Part shown: piece after piece, positions 46,507-61,144 of the stretch | How positions within the stretch are numbered: position 1 is the stretch's first letter | How the letters are laid out: every line of letters begins with the position of its first letter | Translations under genes and position numbers: made by a program | Notes under the pieces: model-generated | Databases searched by the model: none | Seen by the model: only the letters and a program-made list of their open reading frames with translations | Told to the model about the DNA's origin: nothing | Assembly: GCA_001662655.1 (NCBI GenBank) | Contig: KV460266.1 | Reading direction: 5' to 3' (one strand) | Source of the DNA: Pseudogymnoascus verrucosus | Lineage: Eukaryota | DNA: 64,000 nt

Positions 46507-49500
46507 TCACTCTACTACATCCACCGGTCCAAGGAGTTGCTCAAGAAGCAGATAAACCATCTCCACACTTGTTCTCAGTCGCTCATTGTCTTGCAACCCA
46601 AAGTTTTCATCCGGCCAGTAGAGCGCTACCGCACTCACAAGAGCTTCAGCCGAGGTTTTGGTAGACTCTTGCTTCGTAGACGTAGTTTTAGTGAGGAACT
46701 CCCCTAAATGACGGAATGTAAGCCATCCCTTCAGAATATCGCCATCGATGTGTCTTTCCCTTGTATCTTCTTGATCAGGTGGAAGCACAACTCCGCCTTC
46801 TTCATCTTCGAAATATGCGGGACAGATTTTTGGATCTTGGCAAGCAATATGCTCGAGAATCCCCAGAAGCTTCAGTAGCGATTCATCCACCAACGTGAAC
46901 CTTATAATGGAGCCGTCAATGCTGATACCAAGGAGACCTTCCTGGTGCTCTCCCCATGGAATGACCCCTGAAACGGCCGTCTGGTTCTGGCTTGTATCCC
47001 AGTTATGTCGCGTGGATGCAAGCCGGAATTTTGTTATGCAGGAGGGCATCTCCGCGTCGAAGAGAGTCGTGTATTCTCGTGGAATTGTTTGGCCGGTGGA
47101 CGTGTTTCGTTGGTAATGAAGGCCCACCACCGAGCAGTCTTTATCGGAAACCAGTAATACCGTTGAATCAGTCCCAGGCTGCGTATCACCTTCGAGGGGG
47201 AAGGACATATGATCCAGTCCTGTACGGGAGTCTTCGTCCACATATTGGAGTTGGAATTTCCCGTTATCTTTGTACAGTAAGGTCATAGTAGAATCTTTTG
47301 CTGTCAGCACACTCAAGTATTGGCTGTCCCAAGTCATGGAGACAGCATGAGATGGCAGCTGATACTGGGCCAGAGAGACTAATGTCTCTTCGTTGATGTT
47401 TATTGCCATTGAGTGCAAGGAATTCCCTGTGCAGCAAAAAAGAATTTCGCCATTAGCCCCGCCTTGAAGAAGTGCGTGTATCGGGTGGTCAAATCGCTGT
47501 TCTATGAATATGCGAAACCCCGTTGCTTTAGACTTCTTCGATTTCGATTTCTTCAAATGATGGTCTTGGCGAAGTATAAATATCCCCCCTGAGCTGGTGC
47601 CAGATACTATAAATTCTTCCTTGGCGGATAAATCGCTGGCAATGTTCAGCCACCATTGTGTTAAAGATAGAACCCGGTCAGCATGGCGAGGGGACTGCGC
47701 ATGCTTCAGGGATATGATATCCGTTGCCGCTGCCTCTTTCCCAAGGAACACAATCGATGGTCGTCCATCCACAGTAGCTCCAACAACAAGAGATTCAGTA
47801 GTTTGGCAATATAATATCCGTTGGGCAGACCCTGGCAGCTCAATGCTATTTGGAATACCGGTAATTTCGTTGCCTATTTCAATCCCTAATATTCGTTTTC
47901 CCGAAATTGCTAGGAATCCTTTGTCAAGTTGGCACACAAAGTCAATCGATGGTTGACGATATATTGACTGCCACCCAGTTAGCATATGTCCACTTTATAA
48001 GGGGTGGTTAGTCTTCATACAATTCCCACATCCTGGAATAATATCCTAGTAATTGACGGAAATGAGTTTGAATATCCATTATAAACGATTCGATACAGCT
48101 CGGGTCCGCAGCAAAGTAGAGCCGCTGCTGGAAATGCCGGATCTTTGCAAATATTCAGATTTGTTGTTCCCAATTGTCGAGATGTGGCCATCCGTTGTTG
48201 GAATTTCCCATCGGAAGATCTAACGTAGTACGCCATTAATAGAACTCCATTTCCATGGCCAGCAAGCAGCAGCCCATATTGATCCGTTGGTGGTATTGCA
48301 TCAAGGCCACTATCTAACCGAGACAGCATAAGAATGCTAACACACGAATCTATTGGGGCAGGGCTTGTTTCTGACAAAGATCGTTAATGCCTTTCAAAAT
48401 ATCTCCAATGGCGGAGGTAAGTAAAACTTACGATGTGAGTTAGAAAGAATAAATTCAGATCGTCCATCCGGTATAATACCGAGGGAGGTATCAAACTGAT
48501 AAATGCCTAAAGTGTTTACGTCGTTCGGGGCGTTCGAATGGTGTGACAAGTCGTGGTCTCGATAGGCATTGATTGGACCATGCCCTATGGCTACAGATTC
48601 CGCCTTATCTGCAAATGACAGAAATGTAATATAAGAGCCAACAGAAATGGATGATCCCATCTTAATCAAAGGGGGTTTATGGGATAATTTGGGCTGTGTC
48701 CCAAATGGCTCGAATGTTGCAACCCTAAACGCATCGATGCGAAATCCACCGTTCTCTGTCTGAAAAGCAATGCAGACTAGTTCGTTCTGATAAATAGAAG
48801 CCGCTATAACAAGTTCATCAGGCTTGAATGCCTTTGAGTAGGCTGTGGTTGAGGAGCTGCCAGATGTTAATCTCAAGATCTTGAAACTTCAAATATAGGA
48901 ATTTACTAGCCAAAAAAAAACTTACTTGGCCGTCCTGTTGGATATTCGGATATAACGTTCCGTAATCTGAGTAACGAAGCCCCTTGCCGAAGAAGCATCA
49001 AACGTACGCGAACTTAGGTCAAGCCACGTCGATTCAACTTCGGTTACTCCTGTTATTCCGCTGCCATGGTTCTCTAGCATAAGCAATATCGATCCATTGC
49101 CAGCTGACAACAAGAGCAGCAAAGAGCTAGAAAGAAACTGGTCTTTTTGCGAGGATGCTGTTGGGAGCCAGGGGAGAGTCCAGGCGCCAGTAATCACACT
49201 GTTCAGTTCGTCAAGCTCCATCCAAATCTCAGCACCAATGCCGCGATTGATTTCTGAGACGGTTCCATAGGGACCTCTTCCTGTACATCCAAATATCTGC
49301 ACTGGGTTCGAAAATGTTTGATGACTTGCCTTCAAATGCGGATGTTGTTCTAGGGAAAGCAGCGATTGGCTGCTGGGGATTGTCACAAAATCATTCAATG
49401 GAGTCCAATTCTGAAGAGTTGCAAAAAGTTTGGCTGGCTGTCTTGCTTGTACCTGTTTTTGTGAGCGAAGTCTATGAAGTTAATTGCCAGGAACTTACCC

Positions 49501-51175
49501 AATACAAGCCGCCTGGGCATGAATCTCCGCCAACCAGGAGAATATCGCCAAAGACACCGTCTGGTCCAGGAAATTTCGAATCAAGACTAGTGAACGCTGT
49601 GCCGATGTTGCAAGTGATTCCCCCGATATTCATGCCAGTGCACAAAAATTCATCGAAGTTGTTTTCCAAGTATTTAACCAAGCCATCTTCTCTTGCAATA
49701 TAGATATCATCATTGGTTGAAGCGTATTTTTGGGTGCGGACTGGTCTTGTCCATGAAGTCCAAAGAGGGGCATTCCGTCCTTTGTGAATAGGGCTAGGCT
49801 CATCGTGGCCAAGATGGCTTTGATGACATTGCGGGCTTCCCTCCAGCAACCCTTCACAAACTGCCACACTCTCCTCGCAGACAAGAACGAATGCAGACTT
49901 GATAGTCAAAGGTATCAATAAAACCGGTGTGCGATAGCATTCGTTAAGCAAGTGGCCCTTCTTATAGTTCTGCCGTATTGCACTCAAAGGTTGTCCACAA
50001 ATCCACTCATAAACGTGCATTCTCGTTTTACCATTGCGTGATATGAGAAGGAGGAGGATCATATGGTCCGGGTCCTTGAATGAAGGAAATAAAAACTCAA
50101 TCTTCAAGATGACACCCTTCACTTGGAGGGATCGCTCCTCTCGTATACAAGACAGCGGTTGTCCGGATATATATTGAGCCTCCATTTCTTCCCGGGACTT
50201 GAGAGAGTAGATCGAAATAACGTTTTCAGAGCAACCAAGAGCCAGATACCTCGAGCTTGGATCAGCTGTTAGATGTGCGCCAAGGTTCTCACCAAGTAAT
50301 GGTTTTGCTATATTGTGCCGACTCAGAATTGGTTGGATGAGTGCATCAGGCCCAAAGTCGGGCGCGCAAAGAAACATCAAGTCTCCAGCTTCCAAAACAA
50401 AAACAATCATTTGGGGTCCGAGACGATAATTCCCTCGATTGTCAGGTTCAAACATGCTGAGGTCTGAAGAGTCACCAGCTACTAGAGATGAATCGTCGTA
50501 ATTCATAGAGGAATCGGATTCACCATGGCTGCTTGAGTCAACATTTAGCTCGCCACGCAATCCCCCCCTTTGGCCCCCTCCTTGGGGTTCGCTGTATTCG
50601 TCGGACACGCCGGATTTTGGTTTCCTCGAGAACTCTTTGATACTGCCATCCTGCTTCGGAGCCGAGGGGCTCCATTTTATAGAGCCTAAAACTCGTGCGT
50701 TACGGATGCGAGATCCTAAATTGGCAACCCGGCCTACTTCAGATAGTTGTCCCGATTTTACCAGCCTCTTGACTTGGAGTAAATTATCCTGCATGTATGT
50801 TAGTTTGTATAAATGAGCCATGGAAAATAGTATCGAAATAATATGCGTAATGTCAAAGGACGACAAATACACTCCTCATCGATAAAGGCAGTCAAATGAC
50901 GATAAAAATTAAGGTGGTAATAGTGAGAAAAGTCAACGCACCCCGATGAATACGACGTCATGGTCTTCGACGTTCCCCAACCTCGCTGGCAATATCCAAT
51001 TGCTGTTTGGGCTATCTATTACCGTCTGCGTCAGCAAGCCGACTTTTGGCGGCTTGTTGAATTCTAATTTGACTCCCTCCTGAGCTGAGTTGCCTGAAAG
51101 TATAGTCTCAATGTCGACTTCGCGCTCCCTGAATCGTCCATCCACCCAAGAGGCAGTGGAAATTAACCCTTCCAT
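46507..51175 (-). CDS. MMS1/DDB1-like beta-propeller protein (thermotolerance protein ThtA-like)
   Basis: Motifs GLLTQTVIDSP..WILPARL, DPSSRYLA, GCTGRG..G.V.E..GI and RHIDGDIL, spread over six collinear exons. Confidence 0.8.
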
Positions 51176-51780
51176 GGTTGATTGTGATGAGGTCACTAGT
51201 CAGCTGGTGACGGGGCTATAGCATAGCAGAGTTTCAATCCAGCCTCATGTAATGACAGTTGCAGCTCTTTCCTTGCCAGTTCTGTGCGCCATTCATCTTT
51301 CACCTGCCGTCGTACGGAAGATGTCACAATTGTTTCCCATCTCATGAAAATCGATTCCGAAGACTCCGTTCCAAGCGACAAATGTGTAGACTTCCATAGA
51401 AGGCTCCAACATCTGTCAGAATGAAGGTAGGCCAAAGGTTACCAGGTATGGAGAGGGGTCGTCTGTTACAGTTGTTATGGTGCTGTTGTATTGGGTCCCA
51501 TGAGCTTGTCACGTGTATATCAGCCTTCTTCGACATTTGCGGCAACGTCCGCTGTATGGGTGGCTCCAAAATGTATAAGGCTGAACCTTGTATTAATGCG
51601 ACAACTGGCTTCTGCATCACAACACATTAAGATGATAGAAGGTACCTGAAACCAGCTTCCTCCCGCCGGTGTGGCACTGTACTATAATAATTCTACTGGA
51701 CGCCAGTACCCCAGTCTTTTCCGCCAGCCATCACTGTTTCTTCCTGATGAAACCAAGACGCCAAAGAATTATTCAACACC

Positions 51781-53104
51781 ATGGAGTTGGCTGAAAAGGC
51801 AGCTGCCGAGCATCAAACTCTCGTGGAAGACTGTCATATTTCAAGGGCGGCTACAATGGACTCTAACCACGTTCTGCAAAACGATGTCTTCAAGTCTAAA
51901 CAAATCGATGAAGCCTGCCAATGGAAAGACACCCAGCGGCTGAGGGATCTGGCTTTGTCGGAGGGGGGCTTGGTATCAGACGATATGCGGCGCAAGGCCT
52001 GTAAGTCTCTTGTCGAACGATCGCTGAAGATGTGCTAATGATACCGAACAGGGCCAATTCTCCTGGGGTTCTCCGCCGACAAGACCGAGCCCATTGCAGA
52101 CGACCAACAACGCTGGCAGACATTACCTAGACATGCAGATGAAGACCAGGTTCAACTTGACGTGAACAGAGCCTTCATCTACTACCCTACAGGTAGGCCA
52201 TTTCAAGACTTCTATCAGCCAATACTCAAATAATAACGATAATATAGACCAAACTGCCAAGCAAATCGACACAAGGAAAGGGGAGCTATCAGACCTTATC
52301 ACCGAAGTTCTTAGGCGTCAACCATATCTGTGCTATTTCCAGGGATATCATGACATTTGCCAGGTGTTCCTTCTTGTCCTTGGCCACAAAAACTGCTCAG
52401 AGGCAGTTTCACGCTTATCAGCACTACACATTCGAGATTTTATGCTCCCGACATTAGCTCCAGCCCTTGCTCAATTACGTCTCATCCCAGGAATTATACG
52501 CTCTGTCAATCCGAAGCTATATCAGCACTTGTCCGACACACAACCCTTTTTTGCGCTCTCAGGAACTCTCACAATGTATGCACATGACATACAGGAGTAT
52601 GGAGACATCGCGCGGCTCTTCGACGTATTTTTAGCACGGGAGTCTATCTTTTCTGTATACATGTTCGCTCAGATCGTGCTGAACCGTTCCGAGGAACTTT
52701 TTGATACCCCAGCAGACGAGCCTGAGATGCTGCATTCAATATTGTCTAAACTTCCGAAACCCCTCAACCTAGAGTGGTTGATTTCCGATACAACGAAGCT
52801 GCTGGAACAGCATCCGCCGGAGAGTCTTCCCCTATGGTCAAAAATATCACGATCAAGTGTCTTGAAAACAGCAAGATCGCCGGAGCAGGTGGCAAAGCAG
52901 AGCCTCAAGGATGGCCAGATCTATTTCGAAAAACAAGTGAAGGAGCTACAATGGGCCGAGCGGCGGGAGAAGATCATACGGCAACTCTGGAAGAACAAGA
53001 ACCCAGCCATATTAATTGGAGTCGGTGTTATGGTGGGATTGTTGTCGTATCACATGCGGAAGTCCCCAAGCATTTACCACTTGGTATCGGAGCTTTGGAA
53101 ATGA
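51781..53104 (+). CDS. TBC-domain Rab GTPase-activating protein (Gyp8/TBC1D20-like)
   Basis: Motifs LA.S.GGLVSD..RRKAWP, DEDQVQLDVNRAF and YFQGYHDI; C-terminal TM anchor. Confidence 0.92.
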
Positions 53105-53454
53105 CGTTGTTTAATGAGTATATGAAATAGACCAGCTTATACACTGTAGAGTATGTTCCAAGATATTTGCCGCGTCTCTGGGAGGCATTTGAGCTTTTGT
53201 TGGCCATTAACTTCCACAAAAAAACCAGTTCACAAAGTTTGTCAACTCCAGTCACAATTCAAACGGAGTTCCGGACCCATGTCACAATTGCATTAGAAGC
53301 TATCCCTGCACACAACCCTGCGTAATTGTAACTTGGTACTGCGCTCAGGCAAATGTTTCATTTCTGATCTCAAATACACGAAGCTTGTGAACAATGTACG
53401 AATCCATCTGAACCACCGTCCCTCGCAAACGCCAACCAGACCGTCGCGAGTAGA

Positions 53455-54232
<778 letters not shown>

Positions 54233-54857
54233 GATGGCGGTGGTCTACGTCGTTGTCGATGTTGTTCTCTCTCGAGTCGTTCTTTCAAGTGGGGCGAAAA
54301 CGAAGTTCAACATTCAACATGTGTGCCCTAAAACACTAAGCGATGGCAAGATAGTCCGAACCATCACGTGATATTACCTCAGGTACGTCTACCAATTTTG
54401 AACCCCACTCCACATCAACCACAGTGTCTATTGAAAGCGATAATAATGGATCACCATAGTAAAACTGCGGCCCATATATATAATTTACGCCATCAAGTTA
54501 CTTTCTCCATGAAATTCTTCGTCATATATGTTTCCATAATTTACCAGGTAACTACAGATGAACGGCATACCCCAGAGATGATATGTGATGCCTATTCTTC
54601 AGGCTAGATTATGTGCTGGAGCCTACAAGAAATAGATCGATATAATATGTGCATTCTATTAATTGAGACCCAAAGAAGTCATAACTTCGTTCTCTTCGTT
54701 ACAGTCTATGTTACAGTCTATATGGCAACCAACCCAGACTCCCTTGCCGCTAATTTCGCCATCATCACTATTGCCACAAATTCCAACTCCAAATATCCGA
54801 CGCCTTGGGGATCCGGTAAACAGTCACCCATACTGCATCTAATCTTAGAGCCATTTC

Positions 54858-56668
54858 TCAATGCTCTACTTCTAGTCTTTCCTCTCCAGAGGCTATATCA
54901 TGTAATCTTTGTTCTAGCGAATACACAGTTCTGATCAGAATATCCACAGTCGTGCCAGCGTTCTCAGCTACTCAATATTTGTTAGCATGTGATATGTAAA
55001 GAATACACCCTCAAGGAGGATGCCTACCAGTCTTTGCCACAAACGCCCTTTCGTTCTCAGAAAGGTCGCCGTCCCTCTGCCACCGTTTATAGAAAGCGCC
55101 GGGCCTGTTGATCGTAGCAACGTACTGCTCGTCATTTGTAGATATAGGCTTTTGAACTTTTAGCCTGCTTTGGACACGGCCCAGACGCTCAGACACGGAC
55201 ATTGCTATTTCTTGGTTCGTTCCAAGTAGGTTTGGTGAGTCCTCAATGGGAAATAGGTCAAGAATTTGCTGGGACACTACAAAATCAGCGAAGCTCTCTC
55301 TGGTTCCGTGAGCTGTGACTGGAAACCTTACCTTTACTGTCCCTTTCACCTGACCAGGTTTGATTGTACCAATCCAAATAGCGGTCCAACATATCACCAC
55401 TCATGTTGAACACATCGGCCTCTGTGACTTTAGCTTCCTGGCCTGGAGTCGCATCACCGCCTTCCGCCGCCATGCCACTCCAGCCATCCCAATCAACCCT
55501 CAGTGCACTCGGGTCTTTGAGACTCTCTGGAGTTCGTATCATATTGTCGAAGGGTTGCAAGAGTTTGGTTGATATCACGACCAAAGCAGCAACTTGCAAT
55601 TCGGGGTATTCGCTCAGTTTGTGCCTTGATAATGTCTTTGGGTATTGAAACCTTATTCCCAGAGCTTCAGCCAGGTGGCAACAAGACCCGTAAATTTCCA
55701 CTTCCTTTTGGTAAGCAAGGTGTGTTCGTCATGCTGGATGACTGGAGCAACTTACAAGGCAGACAAAGGTCCTTCACAAACCGGAATATTATCAGAGGTG
55801 TATTTAATGGCGGGAATAAGATGTTGAAGTTGGTCGTGAAGTTAACCATTAGCTCACCAATACATTGCTGCAAGCGGCCTCTCCTCAGAGATGATCTGGT
55901 CTCCAGAGCAGAATAGTATTTTGGTGGCAGATGAGACTTCATGTCAGCTGGGATATCTCGAATCTGGAATCAATTAGCATTTTTGTGCACGTGCAACAGA
56001 CGACTGCTAAAGAATATTGGATAACGCACCACTCGAAAGTAAGGGATCTCATGTTGTTCAGCCCATTTCTGGAGATCTCCCACTGAGACTGGGAGTCTCA
56101 GAAGTAGTATTGCCATATAACATAGAGCCAAGCTCTCGATAAGCTTTGGCAGACCCTTTTCTCTTGCAATCTTCCGATGCCGCCTGCTCATTTCCATCCC
56201 AACACCATCATCTTCTCCTTCTGTCTCCCCCTCACTTGTTGAACTAAACCCATACCCGTCCCTCGCACCCCTTTCATCTTCTCCTATGCCCCTAATATTC
56301 CTTATCCTCACTGCCCATAAATCTCGGATAACGGTCTCAAGTTCAGGTGGCATTCCTCTCGCGCTGATGAGCCACATGGCCTGCTTCCTCAACACCACCT
56401 GCCAGCATTGTGCATAAAGCTTAATGGCTTCGATTCCATCATAAACTATGCCAGTTGCTGCTGCCTCCTTTCGCCTTTTTCTTGTTTTTCTGCCCTCGGT
56501 GTTGAAGTCATCTTCATCTGCTGCAACCTGTGTAAAACCTTCCTGGACGTGCCCATGAGACTTGCAAACGCGTTTACCGTCCTGGATATAGTAATACCGT
56601 GACCGACACCCAGTTGTTGTGCAAGTCTCGCCCTTTGAGAACTTGTGGAAGTCGATGCTCGAATCCAT
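54858..56668 (-). CDS. RRN7: RNA polymerase I initiation factor Rrn7/TAF1B
   Basis: Zinc ribbon CTTTGCRSRYY...C..GH; motifs ELETVIRDLW, LALCY..LLLRLPV and PELQ. 3' end approximate. Confidence 0.85.
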
Positions 56669-57279
56669 GATTGCTGCCCCACTACGTAGGAAACATTTCA
56701 ATACTATCCCAACATTTAGCTCCAGTTCCCACGTGCCGAATCACATGAATGGTCGCAACTTCCTTCCACGAATAAACTTTTTGTAACTAGGCAAAGGTCT
56801 GAGAAATTATTGCATTATTATACGAGCAGTGTGTTTGGCTACTCAAGGCTGGTAATTTCTACATTGCTGCCACACAATTCCTACTCTTCGACTTCAATTT
56901 AATAACACGTATAGGAAAATTATGGCAGTTTGTCACATGGATTTTAGTAGAGGGACTGTTATTTTATTTTTTGGCTATCTACACGATAACTATCATCGCG
57001 TTCGTTACAGTCATTGTTGCAAGCTTGGTAGTCGTAGTCGCGACGTGTTGCGACTCGCTAGCGACAGACTTCACTGACTGTAGAACCCGATGAATGTACC
57101 AGTAGAATAGGAAGGCAAAGCGATGCGAACAACCACCAAGTTGCCTTTACAACATGACGATCACAAAAATGTAGCCAGGCGGATGCCTGACTGGCTAGTT
57201 ATGCCAAGCCGATGAGGGGTAACGAGCCATGATATGGAAGAAGGCTATTCCGTACAGGCCCGGAGATTCATGTCTTAAC

Positions 57280-58000
57280 TTAAACCTCCTTCGCATCGAT
57301 ACAGGCATTCTCGCCCATGGCGGAAATGATAATAACGACTAGATACTGTATTAGCGATACGATCTCCTGTTGCCATAGTTTTAAAAAACTTACCGCCCGA
57401 CTTCTCATCGTCTCCATCGAGCTCAAGGAGCTTGTTGATGACCTCGAGTCTCTTATCGTCACCGGAAATTGGCTCAGGCATCTTGATATCATCCCTGGTA
57501 GTTCCGGCAGCCTCATCGTACAGGTTAAGGAAACCATCGTCGAGACCGAGCTATATGACATTAGCGTTCTGCACCTGCATTTATCGGTTATTTGTGACTT
57601 ACGAAAGCGTATTCCTTGCGCGTAACGTTGGGGACATCCATGTTGTGGGTGGATGGGGAAAGATCCTCCAACTTCTTCTTGGTGAAGATGTCTTCAGCGA
57701 TGAGATGAACCTTGGCGTGTCCATGCTTTCCGGTCTTGGAGGTCGACATGTCGATGATCTTGCAAGGACGGTTCTTGATGAGAACGTGTCCACCCTTCCT
57801 CAAGGCAGAACACTGCATGGGGTAGGTCAAAGACGCACCCGCATCGGCAGAGTCGATGGTGTAATCTTGCTGTAAAAAAGTTAGTATTGATGATGGGCGC
57901 AAGTTCCACCGATTGTCATATGGATTGAAAGCACTAGACTGATGGCGGGGGAAGTGCGGGGGCTTCTTGGAAAACTGCTTACAGATTCGGCGTCCGCCAT
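57280..58000 (-). CDS. TIF51: Translation factor eIF5A
   Basis: Hypusine motif [22 protein letters not shown]. Confidence 0.97.
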
Positions 58001-58395
58001 TTTGGCTGAAATGTAAAGTTAAAATGGGGGTTGTTAGAAGGTTGCGACTGTCGCGAATCTGGAATATGCTCCAGGAGAGAATTTGAGACGAATAGAGGGG
58101 CGAGGCGTAGTGGGAGTAGAAATAGAAAACCGACTTGGTGGTGAGTTGTGGGATCTAACGAGTTTAGACCCGCACTAGTTCGCCAATTTCTTAGGTAAGC
58201 TTATGAGCCAATAAGATGGAACCGTTTCGGCTCGGTGTGACCATGCGGCCATTGGAACACACCATGGGGAACGCCGACAGGAGTTATTGGCGAGACATTG
58301 TACGTACAGACAACATTTTGGCTCTTCAACATTTAGTCACTCGGTAATTGAAAGAACGAAGGGGTCTTTGTAGATGCCTCCGAAGAGTCACTGAG

Positions 58396-60508
58396 ATGTG
58401 GCTCGACAGGCTGTCTGGGACTTCCACTCCAGCACCTCGCCCCAACGCGTCCTCCACTCCCCAATCGCGATCGTACTCTCCCGCCCCAAGGAAAACGAGC
58501 CGCCTTCTACCCCAAACTGGGCCTCAACGTCCAAATTTTTCTCCACGGTCTTCGTCTTTGTCTGCTGTTTCCAATGATTCTTCAACGTCATTGCTAGGGA
58601 ATTCTCGGAAACCCACGGACAGCTCCAATTCGAATTTGAGAAACACAACTCTCACTTACTCGGATCCAATCCAGGTCCTTGACAAGCTTCTGGACATTGA
58701 CCTGGGAAGCTTGCCGGTCGCCCACAAGGATGAAATATGGGACAACTATGAATTACTGGGCGATGTTGACTTCACTGGGTTGGCACTGCATGAATTCGTT
58801 CAAGAGGACGACGTGAACAAGGCAGAAGTGTCAGAGGCAGCGACAGCTGCAAAATGTTAGTGTTCTGCAATTGACAATATGGATTTCCATGCTAACCAAG
58901 GAAACACAGATGAGATCGATAAAGCTAGATTCGAAGACCTCCATCAATCCATCCGCGCGTGCAACGACATTCTTAATTCGGTTGAACTGAACTTGACAAG
59001 CTTTCAAAATGACCTGGGTGACGTTTCTGCGGAGATCGAAACATTGCGAGCAAGGTCAACGACGCTAAGCTCCAGGCTCGAAAACCGAAAGGTTGTAGAA
59101 CTTGGATTAACACCAGTTGTTGAAGATATCACTGTTTCGCAAACCATTGTGAAAACGATATCAGAAGGCGACATTGATGAGTCGTGGATTGTTGCCCTGA
59201 ATGTGGTTGGAAAGTGGTCAAAGGCATTAAACGCCAAGGCAATTGAGGCACACAATATAAAGAGTGTTACTGATTTGAAGCCCTTGCGTGACCAGCTTGT
59301 TAATATTGTGAGTAAATCAAGTCGTCATTTTATGTGAGCTCTATGTTGACCCCAGGACACAGGCCATCGAAAGGATCCGGGACTTCCTAGTCGCCCAGAT
59401 TAAGGCTCTACGATCACCGAACATAAACGCTCAGATCGTTCAGCAACGTCACTTTATCCGATATAAAGATCTGTTTTCATTTCTATGGAATCATCATCAG
59501 ACCTTGGCCGAAGAGATTGGTCAGGCTTACATGAACACTATGAGATGGTACTATTTGAATCACTTTACTCGATATGAGAGGGCGCTCTCAAAAGTTAAAA
59601 TACATGCAATAGACAAGCATGATGTACTTGGGAATGAAGACAGTCCACGCAAGAGCACGCTGCTTACCTCGTCAAAGGCAACTGGTCCGCCGCATGATGC
59701 CTTCAGCCTGGGACGACGCAACGACATCCTCACGACATCGAACCAATCGGCTTTACCCAGCCATTTAGCAGAAGAAGACACGGCAACTCATTACCTCGAG
59801 TTCCCATTTCGCAACTTCAACCTGGCTCTCATTGACAACATTTGTGCCGAGTACTCGTTTCTCACCACTTTTTTCTCGCCCTCTCTTTCATTCCAAACCA
59901 TAGCGCGCTACTTCAACTACATCTTCTCGCCCACATTTGAACTTGGTCACACTTTGACGAAGAGCCTTGTTTCGGAGACTTTTGACTCGTTTGGCCTGTT
60001 ACTGTGTGTGAGACTAAATCAAAAATTTAACTTCAAATTACAGAGGCATAAGATACCCGTTGGAGACAACTACATCAATGGAACGAATATGCTTCTATGG
60101 CCACGCTTCCAGGTCATCATGGACTTGCACTGCGAGTCGGTTCGGAAACTAACGGCTAACTTGCCCACGGCACCGCCAACGTCGAAAGCCGAGCTGGCTA
60201 AGCAGTCTGCTGCGCCTTCTTTCATGGCACAACGTTTCGGGCAACTCATCCAAGGAATATTGGAGCTGAGCAAGGAAACTGGTGATGATGAACCTGTAAG
60301 CACAAGCTTGGCAAGACTTCGAAGTGCTCTGGAAGCATTTTTAGCCCGAGTGGCGAAATCTATTGAAGGGGAAAGAAAACGCGAGAGGTTTTTAGAAAAT
60401 AGCTTCTCCCTGATTTTGACAATTATTGGAGATGCACAGGGTAAGCTGGCTACTGAGCAAATATCCCAGATCCAGGCAATGATGACTCCATCGCAAGATT
60501 CCAAATGA
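58396..60508 (+). CDS. VPS52: GARP complex subunit Vps52/Sac2
   Basis: Start MWLDRLSG; motifs FQNDLG.VSAEIETL, IKALRSPNINAQ, AYMNTMRWYY and LLWPRFQ. Confidence 0.93.
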
Positions 60509-61144
60509 GAATATTTTTTTGTTTTCCCATAACTGTGATATTTCACGCTCAAATATAATTGCAGTGAGACAATTAAATTATTATTAGTCGGCCTGCTACA
60601 GCTCTTTTTGCTAAGCGCTTGGCAATAATCGGGTAGCTTACTCGAATTACTTCTGGACGAGCTCTTCGTAATAGATATTCGGGTAGAATTGTGAGTACTT
60701 GAGGACTCGTCGAAAAAAAAGATACTCGGGCAACACTGAGAGCAAACGTTGCAACATCTATATTTGCTTTCCAATGCTTCTGGGCCAATGTTGCCCCTGT
60801 CAAGTTTCACAATATGCGTGTCGGTTGGGGCCAAATCAAAGCTGTCGCACGCTACATGGTGCATGAGGCTGGGTATAGGTCGGCGCCTACGAAGCGCCGA
60901 ATGACTTCGAGGCCACACAAGGCTCAAGGCAACAACGATGATTATACATACTCAGAGCTTGCAGATGCCTGTAAAAGTTTCCTGGAGAATAAATATTTTT
61001 CCTAAATATGTCTCTCGAAAACCCGAATACTTACGACGACGCTGGCAGCTGGTAACAATCGCTACTGAAAAGGACGACTCCATTCGAATCGTCCACCGAG
61101 TATGCATCTTATTTCTCCACAGGGCTCCAATCTTATGATAAGTA